From an uncultured Acidobacteriota bacterium (GTDB taxonomy: Bacteria > Acidobacteriota > UBA6911): a DNA stretch of 64,000 nt. The DNA is taken from contig CAWJKZ010000025.1 of assembly GCA_963843575.1 (NCBI GenBank), forward strand, positions 224,001 through 288,000, in the 5' to 3' direction. Every line of letters begins with the position of its first letter. Position 1 is the first letter of the stretch. Below are positions 23,900 to 34,039 of this stretch, piece by piece. Under the pieces are notes generated by a model. That model was not told the origin of the DNA and searched no databases. It saw nothing but the letters and a program-made list of their open reading frames with translations. The translations under genes were made by a program, and so were the position numbers.

Positions 23900-26161
23900 T
23901 CACTGCACGTGCAGGACCCAGACGTGACCCGGCTGGATGGGGGCCGCGACCGAGGGCGCGGCCGCCCGCCGCCGTCTTGACGGGAACCGCGCGCGTCGGT
24001 GATCAGGTCGCGCGCCTGCGCGGTGCCCGCGGCCAGCCTGATCTGCAGCGTCACGGCCTCCTTGCCGTGGTTGAACGCAAAGAGCAGCCTGCCCTTGCCC
24101 GTCTCGAGGACCTGGACTTCCACCGCGCCGCCGGACACCTCCACGGCCGGCTGCACCCCGGCCCAGCGCAGCAACCCGGAGAAGAAGCGCTGCGCCGTCT
24201 CGTTCGGTTTCGACGAGTAGGCGGCACTGACGTAGGAGCCCGAGCAGGAGGGTCTTGCCGCTGCCGAACGACGCCACGACGGCGGCGGGGCGGCCGTCGG
24301 CGAAACGCGCCGCCACCCGGGACCGGGCGCCGACGAGCGCGAGCGTCTCCTCGTACCAGCGCGCCGGGATCGTGTCGCCCGGCTTCATCCCGGGAATCGC
24401 GTCGCTGTCCCACCGCAGCTCCGTCCGGCCCTCCTTGCCGGTCTGGATGTGTTCCTCGCGGCAGCCGAAGACCTCGTGCATCCCCATGCCGGGCAGCGTC
24501 TCGGCCGCACGGCCGCGCTCGTCGTTCCACCCGAACCGTGCCTCGGTCACCAGGGTCCCTCCCTGCCGTACGTACTCGCGCAGTTGCTCGGCGGCGGCGG
24601 CGGGCATCATCAGCGGGTACGGGAAATAGACGAGCCGATACTGGCGCAGCGTCTGGGCGGTCAGCCCCTCGATGTGGACGTAGTCGAGCGGGACGTTGGT
24701 GGGAAAGAGGGCGCGGTGAATGCCGAGCAGCGAATCGCGTTCGATCCCGGCGACCTCGCCCTGCGGGCCGCCGTAGGAGGTCGCGCGCTGCCGTCCCCCG
24801 ACGAAGTGCATCAGCGGGTTGTAGATGACGGCCACCTGCGCCGGCGTCGGCCGCGCGTCCGCGAACAATTGCGCATTGCGATCCACGACGCGGGCGATCT
24901 CTCCGGCGGTGCGCGCCCGCTCCGTGACGGTCCCGTCCAGCTGCAGGAGGCCGAAGCCTCCGGACTCGTAGCCGGTGCTCATCGGGTAGTAGGCGTAGTA
25001 GCAGATCGCCTTCGCCCCGCGCGCGAGCGCGCTCCACGTCCAGATCCGGAGGTCCTCCGGCGTGACCGTGGGGCTGACGTTGAGCGCGATCGTCCCGAAG
25101 CCCCCCTGCAACTCCCCGATGTAGAAGCCGCGGCGCCCGTCGGCATAGCCGAAGGAGCGGGCAAAATCGAGGAGGGCCGCGCGCCACGGCACGTCGCGGT
25201 CGACGAAGGCCGAGTGCTTCGGATAGAAAGAGGTGCCGTAATAGTCGACCTGCCGGGCCATGCTCCAGTCGTCGGACTGCCCCTCCCAGTAATGCGGCGA
25301 GCTGAAGAGGCCCACCCCGGCCGCGTGACTGGTCGCCACCGAGCGCGGCGCGATCTTCTTCACCGCGTCACATCGCTCGCGCAGGTCCTCGGCGAGCTTG
25401 TCCATGATGAAGTACTTCCAGTCGATGTAGTCGGTGTAGGACAGGATGGTGCTCAGGCGGTTGGGCTCGACCTCGTCCCAGGAGCGGTAGCGCCGATACC
25501 AGGCCTGGTTGAGCGCCTCGAGCGTGGGGTACTTCTTCTGGAGCCAGGCGCGGTAGCGCCGCACCGTGTGCGGGCAGAAGCAGAATTCGGGGTTGTCGAT
25601 GTAGGTGGGGGTGGCCCAGTTGATGACGTGAGGCTCGCTCCAGAGGTCCCAGCCGTAGAAGGCCGGGTGATCCTTCACGTGGGCCGCGATCGCGGCGTAG
25701 AAACCGATGTCCGCCTCACGCACGCCCGCGTGGTCGCGGCAGTAGCCGGGGGAGGACTCGGGCCGCATCGCCGCACCGTTGGAGGAGACGAAGAGCGAGT
25801 CGGGGTACTTGCGTCCCACCCACTCGGGCGCGGAATCCATGTAGACCTGGAGGATGACTTTCAGCCCCTCCTCCTGCGCAAGCTGGAGGATGACGTCGAG
25901 CGTGTCGAAGTTGTAGCGCTCCTCGGAAGGCTGGCCGCTCGCCCAGTCGAGCCAGCAGCGCACGGTGTTGAACCCGAGGCTCCGGATCTGCCGTATGTCG
26001 CGCCGCCAGAGGTCGATCTTCGCCTTGGGGTCGCTCTCGAGCATCGGGGCGCGCGCCTTGCCGCCGCCGTACCAGACCGCCATCGGGAAGTGCCCGGACT
26101 GGGCCGCGAGACACGGGGATGCGAGAGCCATCAGAATCAACCCCTCGGCGAAGATGCGCAT
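23900..26161 (-). CDS. Secreted beta-galactosidase (GH42-like); apparent compensating frameshifts near 24240 and 23960
   Basis: GFNTVR, WDLWSEP, FCFCPHT Zn cluster, YIGELQ and a trimerisation domain; part of the C-terminus is in the 24174 frame. Confidence 0.85.
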   Translation of the reverse strand: MRIFAEGLILMALASPCLAAQSGHFPMAVWYGGGKARAPMLESDPKAKIDLWRRDIRQIRSLGFNTVRCWLDWASGQPSEERYNFDTLDVILQLAQEEGLKVILQVYMDSAPEWVGRKYPDSLFVSSNGAAMRPESSPGYCRDHAGVREADIGFYAAIAAHVKDHPAFYGWDLWSEPHVINWATPTYIDNPEFCFCPHTVRRYRAWLQKKYPTLEALNQAWYRRYRSWDEVEPNRLSTILSYTDYIDWKYFIMDKLAEDLRERCDAVKKIAPRSVATSHAAGVGLFSSPHYWEGQSDDWSMARQVDYYGTSFYPKHSAFVDRDVPWRAALLDFARSFGYADGRRGFYIGELQGGFGTIALNVSPTVTPEDLRIWTWSALARGAKAICYYAYYPMSTGYESGGFGLLQLDGTVTERARTAGEIARVVDRNAQLFADARPTPAQVAVIYNPLMHFVGGRQRATSYGGPQGEVAGIERDSLLGIHRALFPTNVPLDYVHIEGLTAQTLRQYRLVYFPYPLMMPAAAAEQLREYVRQGGTLVTEARFGWNDERGRAAETLPGMGMHEVFGCREEHIQTGKEGRTELRWDSDAIPGMKPGDTIPARWYEETLALVGARSRVAARFADGRPAAVVASFGSGKTLLLGLLRQCRLLVETERDGAALLLRVAALGRGAAGRGGVRRRGGSPGPRDGQGQAALCVQPRQGGRDAADQAGRGHRAGARPDHRRARFPSRRRRAAAPSVAAPIQPGHVWVLHVQ

Positions 26162-26195
26162 CTGTGAAACCTCCAGCTCGCCCTGCCCAATAAAC

Positions 26196-26358
26196 CAAGT
26201 GGGTCCGGGCTTCAGCCCGGACGCTGGTCGCTGTAACGTGCGTCCGTCGCCACATAGATCAGATCAAAAGACGTCCGGGCTGAAGCCCGGACCCACTTGT
26301 TTTACGGGCAGGGCGGGCGGTTCAAGCGTTGGACAGCCTCTGAAGCCCGGACCCACTG
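26196..26358. repeat. REP doublet plus a third partial REP
   Basis: Reverse-complement copy of 12912-13021; extra gaagcccggacccact at about 26342. Confidence 0.85.
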
Positions 26359-26368
26359 GCCGCTGATG

Positions 26369-28393
26369 TCAACCGTTGGCGGGGCCGTCCCCGGCGACCC
26401 TGGGAAACTCGGTGATCCGGATGTTGGTGCAGCCGTACGGAATCAGGGTCAGCTGCTCGAGCGGCTCCTTCGATTCCTGCACCGCCGGGGCAGGCTCGGC
26501 CGCCCAGCCGTGGGCCAGCTTCCAGTTGGGGAGCTTCCGTCCCTGCACGGTAGCCACGACGCCGGCCCCCTCCGGCGAGAAGGGCTTAACACCCACCGGC
26601 CGCTCCTCGAATCGAACATCGCCGTCGAGGGTCCCGGCGTCGATCCGGACGCCGTAATTCCACGGCGTGGACGGCCGCACCTCGTAGTCGGCGTGCGGCG
26701 GCTCGCGGTGCGGCTTGTCCGTGTTGACACGCGTCCACGTCTCGCCGAGATTGAGTGCATATACCAGGGGACCGCGGCCGAGCGCCACTGTCTCGTTGTA
26801 CCGCTTTGTGAGCACGGGTTTCATCGGGAACCGGATCTCGACTTCGACCGACCCCTTCCACTCGCGCTCGACGCGGTGGAATCCGGCGGGCTTCATGCTT
26901 TCCGCCGGCCCTCGTCCCACCCGGACAGTCGCCGCTTCGCTCCAGGCCGGCACCCGGAGGAGCAGCGGGAAGCGAGCCGCCCGATCGCTGGCGACCGTCA
27001 GGTTCAGCGTTTCCCGGAACGGGTAGTCCGTGTCGAGCGCGACCTCGACGCGGGCTCCGCGCGCCTGGAATTGCGCGCGGCTCGGCGCGTAGGCGACGGC
27101 GGCGATCCCTTCGTCCGGTGTCTTCATCCACAGGTGCGCGGCGAATTTCGGCCACCCCTGATGCATGTTGGAGGTGCAGCAGCCGAAGTTCGGCTCGAGC
27201 CCGTAGAGGTTCGACTCGGGGCCGTTGGTGGTCCACAGGTGGTCGGGGTTGATCGTGCACTGCACCTGGTTGACCTGCTGGTCATACTGGTGGGCCCACA
27301 TGTCCGGCGTGAAGGTGGCGGGGAGGGCGTTGAACGCGACACGTTCGAGCCGGTCGCCGAACGCGGCGTCGCCAAACACGGACAGGAGGAGTTCGAGCGA
27401 GTACATGAACTCCACGACGGCACAGAGTTCCGTCCCCTGCACGGGATTCTTCCCGGCCAGGCACTCGTCGCCCGTAAACATCCCCGTCACCTGGCCGTGG
27501 AACCTGTCAAGGATCTCGATCATGCGGGCCGGGAATTTCCAGTCGGTTTCACGCCGGTCGAGGCGCCAGGCCAGCGCGGCCGCCTTCGGGGCCATCCCGG
27601 TGTTGACCACGTGCTTGGCCCATTTCCACAGCCCGCGGCGCGGCGTCGGGACCGTCACGTCCTCTCCCCGGTAGAATTCCTGGTAGTCGAATCCCTGCGT
27701 GCGCAGCTTGCGCCCGAGATCGAGCAACCACGGCGCGCCGGTCTTTTCGTAGGCGTAGTAAACGGGGATCAGCCCTTCGAACCAGCGGTATCGGCCCCAG
27801 TCGTAGAGGGGCGTCCGCTCGATCCCTTCCATGATGGCGCGGAGGCTTTTCATCACCGCATCGAGGACGCGCGGGTCACCCGAGGCCTCGTGCTGCTGGA
27901 CGAGCGCCTTGTTGGCCAGCAGGATCGCCCACATGTCGTAGCGTCGCGTGGTGGCGTCCTCCGGGTACGGGCTGTACCAGCCGTCCGGTCGCTGGTGGGA
28001 GACGATGTAATCGACGTAGCGGTCGATGCGGGCCTGGAGCGGCTTGTCGTCCAGGAGCCGCGCGAGCGGGATGACCCCGTCCAGCCAGTAGGGGGCGCGC
28101 TCCCACCCTTCCGCTCCGCCGCCGAACCACTTGCTCTGCCCAACGTCCGGCCAGAATTCGTCGAGGTGCCCACTCAGGCCGTCGGCCTGAATGCGCAGCT
28201 GCCGCGCGAGCCACCCGGCCGGGCGGATGGAACCGAGCGGCAGGGGCCGGAAGGCCGGTTCCGCCAACCCCGATAGCCGCTGCTGCGCCCCCTGGCGCCC
28301 CGCCCCGTTCGCTTTCCCGGACGCCGCCGCCACCGCGGCGCCGGCAGCCGTGCTCGCAAGGAACTCCCGCCTGCTGGATATCATCGAGCTCAC
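26369..28393 (-). CDS. GH127-family (beta-L-arabinofuranosidase-like) protein with Tat signal
   Basis: SRREFL Tat motif; GWERAPYWLDG, GTELCAVVE, FGCCTSNMHQGWPK, LIPYGCT. Confidence 0.88.
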   Translation of the reverse strand: MSSMISSRREFLASTAAGAAVAAASGKANGAGRQGAQQRLSGLAEPAFRPLPLGSIRPAGWLARQLRIQADGLSGHLDEFWPDVGQSKWFGGGAEGWERAPYWLDGVIPLARLLDDKPLQARIDRYVDYIVSHQRPDGWYSPYPEDATTRRYDMWAILLANKALVQQHEASGDPRVLDAVMKSLRAIMEGIERTPLYDWGRYRWFEGLIPVYYAYEKTGAPWLLDLGRKLRTQGFDYQEFYRGEDVTVPTPRRGLWKWAKHVVNTGMAPKAAALAWRLDRRETDWKFPARMIEILDRFHGQVTGMFTGDECLAGKNPVQGTELCAVVEFMYSLELLLSVFGDAAFGDRLERVAFNALPATFTPDMWAHQYDQQVNQVQCTINPDHLWTTNGPESNLYGLEPNFGCCTSNMHQGWPKFAAHLWMKTPDEGIAAVAYAPSRAQFQARGARVEVALDTDYPFRETLNLTVASDRAARFPLLLRVPAWSEAATVRVGRGPAESMKPAGFHRVEREWKGSVEVEIRFPMKPVLTKRYNETVALGRGPLVYALNLGETWTRVNTDKPHREPPHADYEVRPSTPWNYGVRIDAGTLDGDVRFEERPVGVKPFSPEGAGVVATVQGRKLPNWKLAHGWAAEPAPAVQESKEPLEQLTLIPYGCTNIRITEFPRVAGDGPANG

Positions 28394-28531
28394 CTCCCGC
28401 CGCCCTATTATCCAACTGCGCCGGTCTTTTCCGCCTCTTTAATTGCAGAATTGCAGGCACAAGTCGGTGGGCCGCGTCGGCTCGACGCGGCCCGTCTCTC
28501 CCCGCAGGTGCTTCACCCCGCCACTCCGGGC

Positions 28532-31042
28532 TCAGTCGTGGCGCAGCGCGGTGATGGGATGGACCCGGGCGGCCTTTCGTGCAGGTATATAGCAGGCGAG
28601 CAGCGCGGTCGCGGCCAGCAGGGCCGGAGCCGTCGTGAAGATGAGGGGATCCGCAGCGCTGACCTCGTACAGCAGGCTGCTCAGCAGCCGAGCCGTTCCG
28701 AAGGCCAGCAGCAGTCCGATGGCGACGCCGGCCGCCGTGAGCCGCACCCCTTCGCCCATGACCAGCCACAAAACGTCCCCGACCGTCGCCCCGAGCGACA
28801 TCCGGATGCCGATCTCGCGCGTGCGCCGCGCCACGGTATAAGCCTTGACCCCGTAGACCCCGATGGCGGCGAGCACGAGGGCAAGGGCGCCGAAGGCGCT
28901 GAACAAGCGGGCCGCAGTCCGGACGATCCAGAGCTCGAGGTTGTCCTCCACGTGGGCGCGCAGCGTCTTGAATCCCAGGACCGGCACTCGTTCGTCGACC
29001 TCCCGGATCTCCCGCCGCACGGTCTGCAGCAGGGCGGTCTGGGCCGCCTCGCCCGCCGGCGCGAGCCTCACGTGAAAGGAAGCGTTGGACTGGTAATTCG
29101 GGCCGAACGGCACGTAGACGTGGGGACGCGGCGAGCTGTCGAAGATGTTCTCCCGCACCGGCGGCGCGACGCCGATCACTTCGTGGAGCACGGCCGGCCG
29201 GCCGCTCGCCGCGCCGAAGTGCAGCCGCTTCCCCAGAGGGCTTTCCTTGGGCCAGAGCCGCGTCGCCAGCAGCTCGTCCACGATCGCCACGCGCGGACCT
29301 TCCCGCACGTCCTGTTCCGACTGCGAAAACGTGCGCCCTCCCGCGAGGCGCAGGCCGAGCGCGGCGAAGTAGTCCGAGCCGACGGCATTGAATTGCGCCG
29401 ACACGACCTTCCCCGTCTGCGCGGCGGCGTCCTCGGCGCGATACACCTGGCGCCCCATCGAGACCATGCCCATCGGCACCGTCTGGGCGAGGCTGACCGC
29501 CTCGATGCCCGGCAGCGAACGCAGCCTCTCCTCGATCCGGCGGTAGGCGTCGCGCCCGCGCTTCTCGTCGTAACCCACGAGGCTGGGGTCCAGCTCGATC
29601 AGGATGCCGTTGTCCAGGCTGAAGCCCGGATCGACCCGGGCCGCCTTGAGGGCCCCGCGAATGAACAGGCCGGCCGCCACGAGCAGCGTCAGCGACAGGC
29701 TGATCTGCGCCACGACCAGGACGTTGCGCCTCGAGAAGAACCGGCGCCGCCCCCCCGCGTCCTCGCCGGCATGCTCCTTCAGCCCCCCGACCAGATCGGG
29801 CCGCGACAGCTTCAGGGCCGGTCCCAGTCCCGAGACGACCGTGGCAAGGACGCAGAAAGCCAGCAGCGCGGCGAGCACCCGCGCGTCCGGTCCGGAGTGA
29901 TAGACGATCCGGATCGGGAACATCGCCGCCATGGACGCGACCAGAATGCGGATGCCCCACCAGGCCAGCAGCAGACCCGCCGCCCCGCCCACCACCGAGA
30001 GTATCAGCCCCTCGGTGAACAGTTGGCGCAGAATCCGTCCGCGTCCGGAGCCGAGCGCAAGGCGGATGGCAAACTCCTTCTGCCGTGCCGTGCCCCGGGC
30101 GAGCAGCATGTTGGCCAGATTCAGGCATGCGATCAAGAGAACGGCCGACGACACCGAAATCAGCAGGATCGCAACCGTCGCAAGGTCGCCATCGTCCTGC
30201 GGGTTGGTGCTGATCGAGGTGCGGGAGAGGGCGTGCACCGACAGAATCTGTTCCTTGTTCTCGGCCGGGTGGGCCTTTGCCATCTGGGCGCCGATCACGT
30301 CCAGTTCCGCCTGAATCTGCGGTGTCGAAATGCCAAGCTTCGGCCGGCAGATCAGGACGAGGCCGTCGGTTCTGCGGTCACCCAACTGCCGTCCCCCGTC
30401 GGCGAACACCCCGCGCATCAGCGCGTCGTAAAGGCCGAGCGGAAGGAAGATCTCGGCGCCGAACATCGCGGTGCTGCCGGTGAACTCCTCCGGAGCGACG
30501 CCGACCACGGTGAGCAGACGCCCGTTGACCCGGAGGGATTTGCCGACAAACCCGGGATCCCTTCCGGCCCTGCTCCACAGTTCGTGGCTGACGATGACCA
30601 CGGGAGCAGCGGCGCCGGGCTTCTCCTCCTCGCTCGTGAAATCGCGTCCCAGGACCGGCCTGACCCCGAATGTGGCAAGGTAGTTCGAGGTGACGAAGTC
30701 GGCGAAGATGCGCCGCGTGCTCTCGCCTTCGGTCAGCCCCACCATAGTCACGTCGTGCGCCGCGATCTGGGAAAACGTTCTGGAAGCTGCGCACAGGTCG
30801 AGATAGTTCGGGTAGGAAAAACCGCGGTAGCCGCCGGTCCTCGTGTTCCGGCTGTAACAGCCCACGAGTTCGCCGGGGTTCTGGCCGACGACCGGGCGAA
30901 AAAGGAATGCGTTCACGAGCGTAAACATCGCGGTGTTGGCGCCGATACCGAGCGACAACACGAAAACGGCCGTCGCCGTGAAGCCCGGGGTCTTCAGGAT
31001 GCTCCGCACAGCGTAGCGCACGTCCTGTCTGAGTTCGTCCAT
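28532..31042 (-). CDS. ADOP-type duplicated ABC permease (MacB_PCD + FtsX, twice)
   Basis: QDVRYAVRSILKTPGF, LGIGANTAMF, LLIACLNLANMLLAR, RTREIGIRMSLGA, HPITALRHD. Confidence 0.92.
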   Translation of the reverse strand: MDELRQDVRYAVRSILKTPGFTATAVFVLSLGIGANTAMFTLVNAFLFRPVVGQNPGELVGCYSRNTRTGGYRGFSYPNYLDLCAASRTFSQIAAHDVTMVGLTEGESTRRIFADFVTSNYLATFGVRPVLGRDFTSEEEKPGAAAPVVIVSHELWSRAGRDPGFVGKSLRVNGRLLTVVGVAPEEFTGSTAMFGAEIFLPLGLYDALMRGVFADGGRQLGDRRTDGLVLICRPKLGISTPQIQAELDVIGAQMAKAHPAENKEQILSVHALSRTSISTNPQDDGDLATVAILLISVSSAVLLIACLNLANMLLARGTARQKEFAIRLALGSGRGRILRQLFTEGLILSVVGGAAGLLLAWWGIRILVASMAAMFPIRIVYHSGPDARVLAALLAFCVLATVVSGLGPALKLSRPDLVGGLKEHAGEDAGGRRRFFSRRNVLVVAQISLSLTLLVAAGLFIRGALKAARVDPGFSLDNGILIELDPSLVGYDEKRGRDAYRRIEERLRSLPGIEAVSLAQTVPMGMVSMGRQVYRAEDAAAQTGKVVSAQFNAVGSDYFAALGLRLAGGRTFSQSEQDVREGPRVAIVDELLATRLWPKESPLGKRLHFGAASGRPAVLHEVIGVAPPVRENIFDSSPRPHVYVPFGPNYQSNASFHVRLAPAGEAAQTALLQTVRREIREVDERVPVLGFKTLRAHVEDNLELWIVRTAARLFSAFGALALVLAAIGVYGVKAYTVARRTREIGIRMSLGATVGDVLWLVMGEGVRLTAAGVAIGLLLAFGTARLLSSLLYEVSAADPLIFTTAPALLAATALLACYIPARKAARVHPITALRHD

Positions 31043-31267
31043 AGCCTCGTTAACGTACCCGTCCCCGGGAATGTTCCCTCCGTGAAATGGGTCGGTCGCG
31101 CAACGTCGGAAGTGCCCAAGAATTTCGCCATGATGCCAGCCTGTATCGGAGCAGAGTCCCCTCTTCTTATGATTTGGTCCTGCTGGTAAAATCGCTGGGT
31201 CTCCGTTCGTGCTCGCGCCAGGGAATGAGTGCCCGCGGTCGAAGACCAATCATGGGAGGAGCGTGCC

Positions 31268-32701
31268 GTGAGTGATCCCGAGGAAGACTTTGCCACGATG
31301 TTCGAGGCTTCGCTCCAGGCCAAGCGCCTTGATAAGGGCGAACTCGTTGAGGGCAGGATCGTCGCCATCGGCCCGGAGGTGGCGTTAGTTGACGTTGGCG
31401 GCAAGGGCGAGGCGGTCATCGAGATCTCCGAACTGAAGAACGCCGACGGCGAGATCGAGGTCGCGATTGGCGATCGCATTCAGGCGATGGTGGTGTCGAC
31501 GTCAGGTGGGCTGACGCTCTCCCGAAGGCTGGCGGGAGCGGCTGCGAGCGATCGGCAGTTCGAAGACGCCTTTCACAGCGGCCTGCCGGTGGAAGGGAAG
31601 GTCGAACGTGAGGTAAAGGGGGGCTACGAGGTGCGCATCGGCCGCCAGCGAGCGTTCTGCCCGATTTCCCAGATCGACGTCCGCGGCGCGGACGCGTCGG
31701 CGCACGAAGGGCATGTCTACCAATTCCGGATCATCGAGTACAAGGAAGGCGGCTCGAACATCGTCGTCTCCCGGCGCGCGCTCCTCGAGGACGAGCAGCG
31801 GGCGAACGCCGCCGAGGTCCGCGACAAGCTCGTCCCCGGCGCCGTCATGACCGGCCGCGTCACGTCCGTCCGCGAGTTCGGCGCGTTCGTCGATTTCGGC
31901 GCAGGTGTCCAGGGCCTGCTCCACGTGTCGGAGATGTCGTGGTCCCGCGTGTCGGCCCCTTCGGAGATCGTCAAGGCGGGCGAGGAGATCACGGTCAAGA
32001 TTCTGCGCGTGGACGAGGACAAGCAGAAGATCTCGCTCGGGTTGAAGCAGCTCTCCGCCGACCCGTGGTCGAGGGTGGGCGGAGTATACGAAGTAGGCCA
32101 GCTGCGGCCTGGCCGTGTCACGCGCGTCGCCCAATTTGGCGCATTCGTGGAGCTCGAGCCTGGCATCGAAGCGCTGGCCCATGTGTCCACGTTCGCGCCG
32201 ACCGGACGATCGGGAGGCTGGTCGGGCCAAATCGCTCCAGGGATGACGGGCACATTCGAGGTCTTATCCATCGACGTCGACCAGAAACGGATCGGCGTGG
32301 CGCTCGTTCACGAAGGCTTGGCGCGGGCTGAGGGGGCTGCGGGAGCGCGGGCTGGCATCTTTCCGGGCGCGCGCCTGACGGGAAAGGTCGAGCGATGCGA
32401 GAAATTCGGCGTGTTCGTCTTCCTGGCCCCGGGGCGCACCGGTCTCATCCCAATGAGCGAAACCGGCGTCGCGAAGGAAGGCGATGTCCAGCGAGCGTTT
32501 CCGGTCGGTGCGGACGTTGAGGTCATCGTACTGGAAGTCGATCCGTCAGGCCGGCGCATCCGCCTGAGCGCGAAAGCGGTCATGGAAGCGCGCGAGGCCG
32601 AGGAAGTGCGCGAGTGGGAGGAACGCAACCCTCCTCCCACCGATGGCTTCGGGACACTCGCCGACAAGCTGCGCTCGGCGTTCAAGTCGCGAGAGAAGTG
32701 A
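31268..32701 (+). CDS. Ribosomal protein S1-like RNA-binding protein with five S1 domains
   Basis: EDFATMFE N-terminus, RAFCPISQID, FGAFVD..GLLHVSEMSW, FGTLADKL C-terminus; GTG start behind GGAG. Confidence 0.88.
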   Translation: MSDPEEDFATMFEASLQAKRLDKGELVEGRIVAIGPEVALVDVGGKGEAVIEISELKNADGEIEVAIGDRIQAMVVSTSGGLTLSRRLAGAAASDRQFEDAFHSGLPVEGKVEREVKGGYEVRIGRQRAFCPISQIDVRGADASAHEGHVYQFRIIEYKEGGSNIVVSRRALLEDEQRANAAEVRDKLVPGAVMTGRVTSVREFGAFVDFGAGVQGLLHVSEMSWSRVSAPSEIVKAGEEITVKILRVDEDKQKISLGLKQLSADPWSRVGGVYEVGQLRPGRVTRVAQFGAFVELEPGIEALAHVSTFAPTGRSGGWSGQIAPGMTGTFEVLSIDVDQKRIGVALVHEGLARAEGAAGARAGIFPGARLTGKVERCEKFGVFVFLAPGRTGLIPMSETGVAKEGDVQRAFPVGADVEVIVLEVDPSGRRIRLSAKAVMEAREAEEVREWEERNPPPTDGFGTLADKLRSAFKSREK

Positions 32702-32742
32702 CACTCGTCACTCGTGCCGCTTCTTGGTCGGTGCCATAGCGG

Positions 32743-33090
32743 TCACTCGTCAAAAACACGTTTGTTTCGGCAGAAATGCCGAGTAGCGCCGCACGCACCG
32801 GCGTCGAGCGCCTTGTCGATTTCCGAAGGAAAGGCGTTGCCGGAGAGAACGAACGATGGTTGCGTTCTTACCGCGTGTCTCCCGGCAGAGTCCGATTCCA
32901 TCACCGTCCGTAAGCCACCAGTTGTCCACGATGTACACATCGTAATCGCCGGCACATGCCGCCTCTAGTGCAGCGCCTGCGGCGGCGACGTGCTCGACCT
33001 CGAAATCAGGGCACAAATCAATCAGTTGAAGGCGAGACAACTCGAACGTGTCGTGGTCCCTGACGGGACAGAGTACTCTTCGACCACCTC
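32743..33090 (-). pseudogene. Degraded response-regulator receiver domain
   Basis: DYDVYIVDNW.LTDGDGIGLC and, in another frame, VLSGNAFPSEIDKALDAGA. Confidence 0.65.
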
Positions 33091-33143
33091 GGCGCGTTAG
33101 GGCGCAGCAGCGCTGATTGCAGCCGCACCCTCTTGAGACGTGA

Positions 33144-33377
33144 ATGCACCCTCATAGAATCTCCAGATTCCACGATGGGCGAAGCCTCTGCAGGACACGA
33201 GAGGTGCCGATCTCGGATGACAAGGCGCGTCGGCTCATGCACGACGGCTTCATACGCTACATCAGGATCGGCAGGGAAATGCGCGTGACCAGGCCTGAGA
33301 TGCGAGAATCCTCACGCACGGGACGGATCGGAGGCCCAGTAGTTGATCAGCGGTCGGAAACGGAGCGAGTCCGATGA
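33144..33377 (+). pseudogene. Possible excisionase-like (HTH_17) DNA-binding fragment
   Basis: ARRLMHDGFIRYIRIGREMRV resembles the HTH_17 wing motif. Confidence 0.35.
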
Positions 33378-33492
33378 CGACGGCCGGAACCAGCCGATGT
33401 CAGTTCCCAGATGGCCGTTATGGTTCGCGTGGTTTTCGGCCATATCTTCATTGCGTTTTCCAACGCCCAATTCAGTAAGGGATTTGCGGCAG

Positions 33493-33536
33493 AAACGGCC
33501 ACGAACGACACGGATCCGCCCCGTTCGTAGCCGTTT
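33493..33536 (-). terminator. Terminator-like 15-bp hairpin after the 39-aa ORF
   Basis: Arms aaacggccacgaacg / cgttcgtagccgttt; the single mismatch is a U-G pair only on the minus strand; the U tract is weak. Confidence 0.5.
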
Positions 33537-33655
33537 TATTGCCTACAGGATTTCTTCACGGCGTCGCTGTTGGCTTTGCCGTGGCGGATCAGCAATATCA
33601 GGGCCACCACCGCGACGACAGTGAATCCGATAACAATGATTTGATCTGTTGACAC
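33536..33655 (-). CDS. 39-aa single-pass membrane peptide (below the ORF-track cutoff)
   Basis: GTG start 3 nt after GGAGGA; MSTDQIIVIGFTVVAVVALILLIRHGKANSDAVKKSCRQ*, one TM helix then a basic tail; downstream hairpin. Confidence 0.6.
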   Translation of the reverse strand: MSTDQIIVIGFTVVAVVALILLIRHGKANSDAVKKSCRQ

Positions 33656-33700
33656 ACGTCCTCCAAAACATGCTTGAAAATACACCACGTTGGCGGGGCT

Positions 33701-34039
33701 TCAGCACGAATGGATCGGCGGAGGAGAGCGGGGAGAAATGCTGGATTGCACACTGATAGCAACAGGGAACTTGTGGCGTAGCGGCGTACGCGACCGCACA
33801 GAACGCGCTTCTACATCCGTGTTGTCCGAAATCCAGAAGAACGGCTTGGCGGCATGGGCGCCGGCAGGCCGATCCTCCTTAGCAGCGAATGCCGGAGCGT
33901 GAATCAGTTGCACCCGCTCGTAGACTGGGGAAGACTCGGTGGCAAGGCTGTTCGGCACGCCCGGCAGCGATATAGGAAGAAGCAGCAGACCCAGCAGGAC
34001 AGCATTTCCTGCCACTACGCGGCAAGTTTTCGCAGTCAT
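33701..34039 (-). CDS. Hypothetical leader-type protein: N-terminal hydrophobic segment, C-terminal RSPP motif
   Basis: MTAKTCRVVAGNAVLLGLLLLPISLPG...SSISPRSPPPIHSC*; start uncertain. Confidence 0.45.
   Translation of the reverse strand: MTAKTCRVVAGNAVLLGLLLLPISLPGVPNSLATESSPVYERVQLIHAPAFAAKEDRPAGAHAAKPFFWISDNTDVEARSVRSRTPLRHKFPVAISVQSSISPRSPPPIHSC

Noticed and set aside
28451-31189. 912-aa + strand ORF, and similar long ORFs at 61803..63773, 21675..23633, 26297..28276 and 19339..21114
   Set aside because: Antisense shadows of motif-supported genes, as expected from high-GC codon bias.
33100-33500. Prophage or ICE boundary near the excisionase-like fragment
   Set aside because: No integrase, tRNA, att direct repeat or phage structural gene is visible.
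33536-33655. 39-aa peptide as KdpF given the nearby KdpD-like kinase
   Set aside because: It lacks the KdpF YL.YAL..PE pattern and no kdpABC genes follow.
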